Assembly (NCBI GenBank): GCA_051546255.1
Contig: CP128819.1
Location: forward strand, 682,001 to 746,000
Reading direction: 5' to 3'
Length of the DNA: 64,000 nt
From: Meyerozyma guilliermondii
Taxonomy: Eukaryota
Position 1 is the first letter of the stretch; every line of letters begins with the position of its first letter. The notes beneath the pieces are model-generated. The model was not told the origin of the DNA and made no database searches. It worked only from the letters and a program-made list of their open reading frames with translations. A program made the translations under genes and the position numbers. Positions 52,885-61,400 of the stretch are shown here, piece after piece.

Positions 52885-53678
52885 TGCTTGGTCGTGGACT
52901 GAAGCTGCTTATAGCCTAATACACTAATTTTTTCGTTGAAGGTAGAATTTGCAGCCATATACCGGTTATGTAAAAGTACTAAAAATTTATAAATAAGAGG
53001 ATTGCTGAACATTCGAGGTGAACGGTTGCAAATCAACATGGAACTTTCATTAAGAAGTCAGCATTGCATTTGCTTTTCAAAAAAAATGATGATATTCTGA
53101 TATTTTGCAGCAATTGAGAGAAATGAAAAATGTGCGAAGTCTTAATAATTTTGGAACTATTGCGTACAGAACCAATTCTGGTAAGCACTACCAGGGCTCT
53201 TAGGAATGAACCACAAATAGTGGTTTTTGAAGATTGGCATGAAGATTTACAGTCGCTAGAATACAAAGTCTAGCCGGATCTAATTCCAGATCATTCTGCC
53301 CAGCAAGCAAGTCTAACGTTAATCTTATTTATCACTTGCTCCTCCTATTCAGTTTAAAGCTTGCAACTTTTGCCGATGGAAACTAATAGAATTGCTTTGA
53401 TCTTAAGACCGTGAATACACTACCACCTAGATGAGCCAATGGTGACTAAATTGTATAGGGAGAAACTTGCTTATGAAATTATGGCTAGATGGATTCGGTG
53501 CTACATTCAATTTGTTTGCAATTTACTTAGAAACCAAACTTAAATTAAGCAAGTACAGCCGCACTTTGACCTTAATGAGACTAATTGAAAGGACTGCAGT
53601 ATGTAGAAAAGCTAATTTTGAAAAAGATGTTCATCCATATTCTGTCGATATTGCACCGCTTATTAATTCACCACAATT

Positions 53679-53740
53679 ATGGCTTACATTTTTGGCTGAC
53701 TTTTTCGGCTTATTTTTGGCTTACATTTTTCGCTTATTGG
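53679..53740. repeat. Degenerate ~12 bp repeat (TTTTTGGCTTAC) upstream of the MDR gene
   Basis: Five imperfect GGCTTA/GGCTGA/CGCTTA cores separated by T tracts. Confidence 0.65.
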
Positions 53741-53887
53741 TCGCGCAACCGTTCGCTGACAGACGTTGGGCCGGAGTTATCGGGGAGCCTCCCCGGTTTC
53801 GCGCTTAGCGCACCTGACCGTATTTGTTAGCACCGCATCCACACTTATAAATAAGCACCCTGGCGCACTTGCCAGCAACTTTTCAAT

Positions 53888-54979
53888 ATGAAAGCAGCAG
53901 TACTTACTGGAAACCCAGAAAACAACTGGACGGAAATCAAGGACCTTCCCAAACCAACTATTAGAGACGATCAAATCTTAATCAAGCCAATTGCTTATGC
54001 TGCAAATCCAACCGACTGGAAACACAATTCGCCCGAATTTGCTGGTAATGTTTCTGGTTCTGATGCCAGTGGATATGTTGAAGAAGTAGGTTCCAAAGTC
54101 TCTGGAATCCAAGTGGGTGACATTGTTTCTGTCACTATGCACGGAGGTTTCAACAAGGACAATTCGGCGTTTGCAGAGTATGTTGCTGCCGTTCCTGGAT
54201 TCACCATCAAATACGACAAAAATATTGTGAAGGATGCAGAATTGAAGGTGGGCGATTACGAAGGTAGCAAAATCACCAATTTCGAACAGGCTGCTTCCGT
54301 CACTTTGGGTTTGTCAACGGTGGTTTTGTCGTTTGCTGGTTTGATGAACATTAACAAAGATGTTCTGGCCAACAAAGGTAAGTCTATTCTTATTTGGGGA
54401 GGTGCCACTGCCACGGGTGTTTTGGCAATTCAAATTGCCAAGTTGGCATTTGGTCTCAAGGTCATTACCACTGCTTCAAAGAAGAACCATGAGTACTTGA
54501 AGAGCCTTGGAGCAGATGCTGTTTTTGACTACAACGATTCGAATGTGGTCGAAGCTATCAAGAGTGAGGCTGGCGACTCCATTGCTTATGCTTTGGACAC
54601 CGTTGCCAACACTGACACTTTCCAAAAAACTTATGATGCAACCGCCAATTCAAAGCATGTTGAACTCGACAACTTGCTTATGCTCGACAAGAGCCAAATC
54701 AAGACAGATTCTTCCAGATCGGTATCTTACCACAAGACACTCATGTACGGAGCCACAGGTGATGCCTTTAGCATTTGGGGTATGGACTTCCCTACCAACC
54801 ATGTTTCTACCAAGAGATATCTTGACTACTGGTTGAACGAACTTCCTAAATACATTCCTCAGATCAAGTCTGCAAACTTGAAGGTCATCAAGCCTGGATT
54901 GGAAAGCGTTAACGAAGCTTTGCAGTTGTTGCACGATAACAAGGTAAGCGGCCAGAAGATTGTCTTCAGAGCCAACTAA
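53888..54979 (+). CDS. Zinc-independent MDR / enoyl-reductase-like oxidoreductase (YNL134C/YCR102C type)
   Basis: NPTDWKH, GSDASG.V..VGS, ILIWGGATATG and LKSLGADAVFDY, with no zinc-binding Cys. TATAAATA at 53846-53853. Confidence 0.85.
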   Translation: MKAAVLTGNPENNWTEIKDLPKPTIRDDQILIKPIAYAANPTDWKHNSPEFAGNVSGSDASGYVEEVGSKVSGIQVGDIVSVTMHGGFNKDNSAFAEYVAAVPGFTIKYDKNIVKDAELKVGDYEGSKITNFEQAASVTLGLSTVVLSFAGLMNINKDVLANKGKSILIWGGATATGVLAIQIAKLAFGLKVITTASKKNHEYLKSLGADAVFDYNDSNVVEAIKSEAGDSIAYALDTVANTDTFQKTYDATANSKHVELDNLLMLDKSQIKTDSSRSVSYHKTLMYGATGDAFSIWGMDFPTNHVSTKRYLDYWLNELPKYIPQIKSANLKVIKPGLESVNEALQLLHDNKVSGQKIVFRAN

Positions 54980-55133
54980 AATATAGTATTATGTGTCCGG
55001 AATAAAAGAAAAAATGAATGGAAAAATTAGTATACAAGCTAAATGATATTAGTGATTCTAAACATAAAAAAATATTCTGGAAGAGATTGTACTTGTTTCG
55101 TATGGTATGCCTCTCAGTATTGGCTGAATCTGC

Positions 55134-55138
55134 AAAAA
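55134..55138 (-). terminator. RNA polymerase III T5 terminator of the tRNA-Lys gene
   Basis: TTTTT on the minus strand, 3 nt after the tRNA 3' end. Confidence 0.7.
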
Positions 55139-55141
55139 GAC

Positions 55142-55214
55142 AGCCCGACGCGGGGGTCGAACCCGCAACCTTGTGATTAAAAGTCACACGCTCTAGCCAT
55201 TGAGCTAGCCAGGC
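55142..55214 (-). tRNA. tRNA-Lys (anticodon UUU), intronless
   Basis: GCCTGGC-TA-GCTC AATGGCTA GAGC-G-TGTGA CTTTTAA TCACA-AGGTT-GCGGG TTCGACC CCCGC-GTCGGGC-T folds as a full 73-nt cloverleaf. Confidence 0.95.
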
Positions 55215-55391
55215 TGATTACACAAGCGAAGGTACAAGGAAACGCTATGATGTGAGCCACCAAAGAAACATAAACCATCAACCTAGCAAAGGCCATTGAT
55301 AGCTATACTGGTACCATCATTCTGTTTTAGTACTTCGCATAGTTCACTTATCACTAATTTTGGCCTATAAATTCAAAATACTGCATATAGG

Positions 55392-55434
55392 CCGATGCTC
55401 ATCGGGTTCTGATTTATTCTCATTTTGAAAATTT
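55392..55434. promoter_or_regulatory. PAC plus RRPE ribosome-biogenesis elements upstream of MDN1
   Basis: GCTCATCG (reverse PAC core) at 55397-55404, inside the inverted repeat CCGATG-CT-CATCGG, and TGAAAATTT at 55426-55434. Confidence 0.65.
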
Positions 55435-55447
55435 AGTGGAGTCAACC

Positions 55448-58400
55448 ATGGATCACTCTATCCAGTTGCCATTAGATGACTGTCAAAGGTTTTATAAGGC
55501 ATACTTGAAAAGTGGAGTCAAGACTTCACAGCCATTGGCTTTTGACCCTAAAAAATCTGCTAATGACAATTTGAGACGACTTTCCGTCGACGCATTGCAC
55601 CCAGCTAATACTTTTGGAGCACTTTATGCATACGAACCAGTGTTCTTAGACTTGATTTGCCGTTGGATCGATGATCCTCTGATAGAAGCGGACTACTGTA
55701 AAAGCATTGGTGAACTGAAACCTGTCATCGAAGGTGTGATTGTTGTCAACGCATTGACTCGATTGGTTGGAGTTCACCAAGAGTCGTTAAATTTGATTGA
55801 AGATTTCATTTCCAAAGCAAACTTCTTTGACAGGCTAAAAGAAAACGCAAAGGAGTCTAGCATTGCCGAATTGGAGTATATTTTAATTGCATTTCTTCGT
55901 TTAATCGACCATGATGCTCCTCGTTTTAAGCACTTTATTGATCCCGAAATTTTGCATCGAATTATCAACATTGACAGCTCAGGAGCGCAGGTTGCGAAAT
56001 ATCTAGCAACTATGATCCTCTGTCGTTATATCAACTCATCGGAACATGCGCAAAAAGTTATGCTCGACAAGATAGAGAACCCTATAGGATCCCTTGAAGG
56101 AGACCATTCCATCAACTTCAAATATTTTCATTTCTTGGAAGCCAAGCGACTTAATAGATTCATGAATCTTCCTGAGAAAGTATCATCGTCAACAATTTGC
56201 ATCGAAATCCAGGAATCAGAGTTTTGTTCCTTGGTTCATTTAGTATGTGGAAGGCTCATTCCCAAGCATTCCATTTCAGATATGAAGTCCACCACTGATA
56301 CCTCATTTGTTCCAACTAAAGAGGCATTGAATGTCATCAGAAACGTCACTTCTCATATCCTCATGAACAAGCCAGTAATTCTTTATGGAGCGGCAGGATC
56401 AGGAAAGACCTACTTGGTTAACCAACTTGCTAAGAGAATGGGATACCATGATTCTATTGTAAAAGTGCATTTGGGAGACCAAACAGATGCAAAAATTCTT
56501 CTTGGAACTTACACATCGGGCCCTAAACCCGGCTCGTTCGAATGGAGAGCAGGAGTATTGACTACAGCCGTTCGTGAAGGAAAATGGCTTCTCATCGAGG
56601 ACATCGATAGAGCACCCACAGAAGTTCTTTCTGTCTTGTTACCATTGCTTGAGAACAGAAAGCTCTCAATTCCTTCTCGAGGCGAGGTGATAAGGGCCGC
56701 TAATGGGTTTCAAATCATTGCAACCATCAGAACAAGTGACTCGAAAAATATTCCCGACATGATAGGTATTAGAAACTGGACTTTGGTGCCAGTGGAGACA
56801 CCTTCCGATAAAAATCTCAAGGATATAATTCAAGCCAAGTACCCACTTTTGACCGACTTGATACCATATTTCATACGGGCGTTCAACGAAGTTGTCCAGC
56901 TATATTCATCAAATGCATTTATCTCGTTGAACAAGGGTTCAAATCCTCGTATAGTTTCTATTCGTGATCTCATGAAACTATGTGCGAGATGCAACAAAAT
57001 TCTCCAAAATGAAATGACGTCTTCGGTTCTTGAATCATCTACTTATGATAATGTGTTTGCAGAAGTTGTCGACTGCTTTGGAAGTGCCTTGACTGAGCAA
57101 AAAGCTTTAGAGCCAATTGTTAACACCATTGGTGAGGTTTTCGAAATACCCACTTCCAGAGTAAATTTGTTTTTGTCGAAACATGTTCCAGCATACAATA
57201 ATGGAGACCACCACCTAACAATTGGAAGAGCCACCCTCAAGAAAGACAGTGTTGGAAAATCAACCAAGAGTGTTAATGCAGCTTCTTTTGCTCGAACAAA
57301 CCACTCGCTCAGACTAATGGAGCAAATTGGTGCTGCGTTACTGATGACTGAGCCTGTACTTTTGGTGGGAGAAACGGGTACAGGTAAAACCACCGTTGTG
57401 CAACAAATGGCCAAACTTATGAACAAGAAAATCACAGTTATCAATGTTTCTCAGCAGACCGAATCCAGTGACTTACTTGGTGGTTACAAGCCAGTGACAT
57501 CCAAGATAATGGCTTTACCACTCCAAGAAACTTTTGAAGAATTATTTTCCAGTACGTTTTCCAAAAAGAAAAACGAGCGGTTTTCTAATGTCTTGAATAA
57601 GTGTTTCAACAAGGGACAGTGGAAAAACGTTGTCAAATTATGGCTTGAGTCTGTAAAAATGGCACGAGATGTTCTTCAGAAGCAAGAACCAGAAAGAAGT
57701 GAAGATGAAACCCCCAAAAAGAAGCGGAAGCTTGAGATCAAAGACAAAGTTCACCTACTTGAAAGGTGGTGTGCTTTTGAAGAAAAGGCAAGAAACTTTG
57801 AAACTCACTCTTCATCGCTTGAAGATGCTTTTGTTTTCGACTTTGTTGAAGGTTCTCTTGTCAAAGCAGTAAGAAACGGAGAATGGCTTCTTCTTGATGA
57901 AATAAACTTGGCTTCTCCAGACACCCTTGAGAGCATAGCTGATCTCATAACTGACAAGTTGGAGGAACGGTCTCTCTTGTTAACCGAAAAGGGAGATATC
58001 AACTCCATAAATGCTCATCCGGAGTTTCGCATCTTTGCTTGTATGAACCCTTCAACTGATATTGGAAAGAGAGACTTGCCTTTGAGTATAAGATCCAGAT
58101 TCAGCGAGATATATGTTCACTCGCCAGACAGTGATATTCAGGATTTGCTTGCTATCATCGATAAGTATGTGGGCAGATTCTCCGTCACCGATGAATGGCT
58201 CGGCAATGATATTGCGGAGTTGTACTTATCAGCCAAAAAACTAGCTGATAGTAACCAGATAGTCGATGGTGCAAACCAAAGACCACATTTCAGCATCAGA
58301 ACTTTGACAAGAACTTTATTGTATGTGTCGGATATCGTCAATATCTATGGAGTAAGGCGATCTTTATACGAAGGCTTTTGCATGTCGTTTTTGACTCTTT

Positions 58401-61400
58401 TGGATTCAAAGTCAGAGGCCATTTTACATCCTTTGATCAAGCAATATACCATCGAAAAGTTGAAGAATTCCAATTCTGTTATGCGTCAAACTCCTCCAGA
58501 CCCTTCGAATGGTACCGACAAATACGTACAGTTCAAACATTACTGGCTCCCCCAAGGATCGTTCGATATCATTCCCCAACCACATTATATCATTACTCCA
58601 TTCGTTGAAAAGAACATCTTGAATCTTGTGAGAGCTACGAGTGGTAAGCGATTTCCAGTCTTAATACAGGGTCCTACCTCGGCCGGTAAAACATCCATGA
58701 TTCAGTACTTGGCAAACATCTCTGGGCACAAGTTTGTCAGAATCAATAACCACGAACATACAGATCTTCAGGAGTACTTGGGTACCTATGTTGCGGTTGA
58801 TGGAAAGCTCGTTTTCAAAGAGGGAATTTTAGTTGAAGCTCTTAAAAACGGACATTGGATTGTGTTGGATGAGTTAAACCTTGCTCCCACAGACGTTTTA
58901 GAAGCTTTAAATCGTCTTTTGGACGATAATAGAGAGCTTTTCATCCCTGAGACTCAAGAAGTCGTTCATCCCCATCCTGACTTTATGCTTTTTGCAACCC
59001 AAAATCCACCAGGAATTTATGGTGGACGTAAGATTCTCTCAAGAGCTTTTAAGAACAGATTTCTCGAGTTGCATTTCGACGATATTCCTCAGGATGAACT
59101 CGAGACCATTTTGACGGAAAGATGTCAAATTGCACCCAGCTATAGCAAGAAGATAGTTGAGGTATACAGACAGCTTTCAGTACAGCGTCAGTCTACCAGG
59201 CTTTTCGAACAAAAAAACTCGTTCGCTACATTGCGAGATTTGTTCAGATGGGCCCTTCGTGGGGCTGTAGGTTATGAAGAACTCGCTGCCCACGGATACA
59301 TGATCTTAGCGGAGAGAGTGAGAGTTCCAGAAGAACGAGAGACAGTTACACGTATTCTTGAAAAAGTTATGAGAGTGAAGTTGGATATGGATTCGTACTA
59401 TGAGAGCTTAGAGAACAAGCTTCTTTTGCAGTCTGAGAGTTCTCTTGTATGGACCAAAGGCATGCGTAAACTTGCTGTTCTTGTTGCTACGTCCATGAAG
59501 TACAACGAGCCACTTTTACTCGTGGGAGAGACTGGATGTGGAAAAACTACTGTATGTCAAATATTGGCTCATTTTGAAGGAAAGAGCCTAGTTACAGTGA
59601 ACGCACATCAGAATACTGAGACCAGTGACCTTTTGGGTGCACAAAGACCAGTGAGAAACAAGAAGGGAACTAATGCTGCTTTGACGAGTATTCTACAGGA
59701 GGTTCTTCTGCAAAATGGAATGGCACCAAGCGATGATCTGATAGGCAGTTTACTAGCAGTTTATGATTCGTTGCCTAAGGAAAAAGTTGACGAGGAAAAA
59801 CGTTCTGAAATTAAACGTTTGAGACATGACCTCACCAACTTGTTCGAATGGTGTGATGGACCACTCGTACAAGCAATGAAGTCTGGTGACTTTTTTCTCT
59901 TGGATGAAATCTCGTTGGCAGACGACTCGGTTCTCGAGAGATTGAACTCGGTACTTGAACCAGAAAGATCTTTACTTCTTGCCGAAAAAGGAACCGAGGT
60001 GGAACCCATCTACGCTTCCAGTGGTTTCCAGTTTCTAGCAACCATGAATCCTGGTGGAGACTACGGAAAGAAGGAGCTTTCTCCAGCTTTGAGAAACCGG
60101 TTCACCGAGATTTGGGTTCCATCAATGGAAGACATGAATGATACACTTCAGATTGTTCAGTCAAGACTCGACACTCCTTTCAAGCAATTGTGTTCGCCAA
60201 TTATAGAGTTTGCAAAATGGTATGCCATGACCTTTGGTGGTGGAAGAATAAGCAGTGGAGTCATCTCGCTTCGTGACATTCTCGCATGGGTGGCATTCAT
60301 AAATCATGCTCAATTAGATCCTCCCAGTGCTTTATACCATGGTTCGTTGATGGTGTTTGTGGACTCTTTGGGAACTAACAATACCTCTTTTCTTGCAACC
60401 AACGAGCACAATTTAATGCTCCAGAAACAAAGCTGTATAGAGAAGCTTTCAGAACTTGCTGGTTGCAAATTTGAAACCGAAGGAAACCTTGAGCTTCAAA
60501 TTACTGAATCGCATATTAAAATCGGCCATTTTGGAATCCCAAAAAACCAATCTCCATCATTGACTGAGCCATTTGCTTTGCACGCTCCAACTACTGCCTT
60601 AAATGCCATGAGAGTCTTACGAGGCATGCAAGTCAAGAAACCTATCTTATTGGAAGGTAGTCCTGGAGTTGGAAAAACCAGTTTGATTTCGGCTTTAGCA
60701 CAAGCCAGTGGTAATCCTTTGATCAGAATCAACTTGTCTGAACAAACAGATCTTGTGGATCTCTTTGGATCGGACGTTCCTACTGAAGGTGGAAAGGCAG
60801 GCGAATTTGTATGGAGAGATGCCCCATTTTTGAGAGCCATGAAACATGGCGAATGGGTTTTACTTGACGAAATGAACTTGGCTTCGCAGTCCGTTTTAGA
60901 AGGTTTGAACGCTTGTCTTGATCATAGAGGAACCGCTTACATTCCAGAATTGGGACGGTCGTTTCCTCGCCATGAAAAGTTTACGGTTTTTGCAGCTCAG
61001 AATCCTCAGGCTCAAGGAGGTGGAAGAAAGGGACTTCCCAAATCGTTCGTGAATCGGTTCACAGTCGTCTACGTCGATACGTTGAAAGCTGAAGACTTGA
61101 CACTTATTGCAAAACACTTGTATCCTTCAATTGACCCCAAAATCTCCAAGGGAATAATCGATGTGATATCACGAATTGAGAAGGAAGTTGTGATCGAGAA
61201 GAAATGGGGACAAAGTGGTGGTCCTTGGGAATTTAATCTTCGTGATACACTCCGGTGGTTGGATATGTACTCATCTCGAAACCTTGCCGATGATATAACA
61301 CCAAGCGACTTTCTCAACATGATAGTGTGCCAGAGGTTTAGAACCAGTAAGGATCAGAACATGGCCCGAGCTTGCTTTGAAGAGGTTTTTGGACCTCTGA

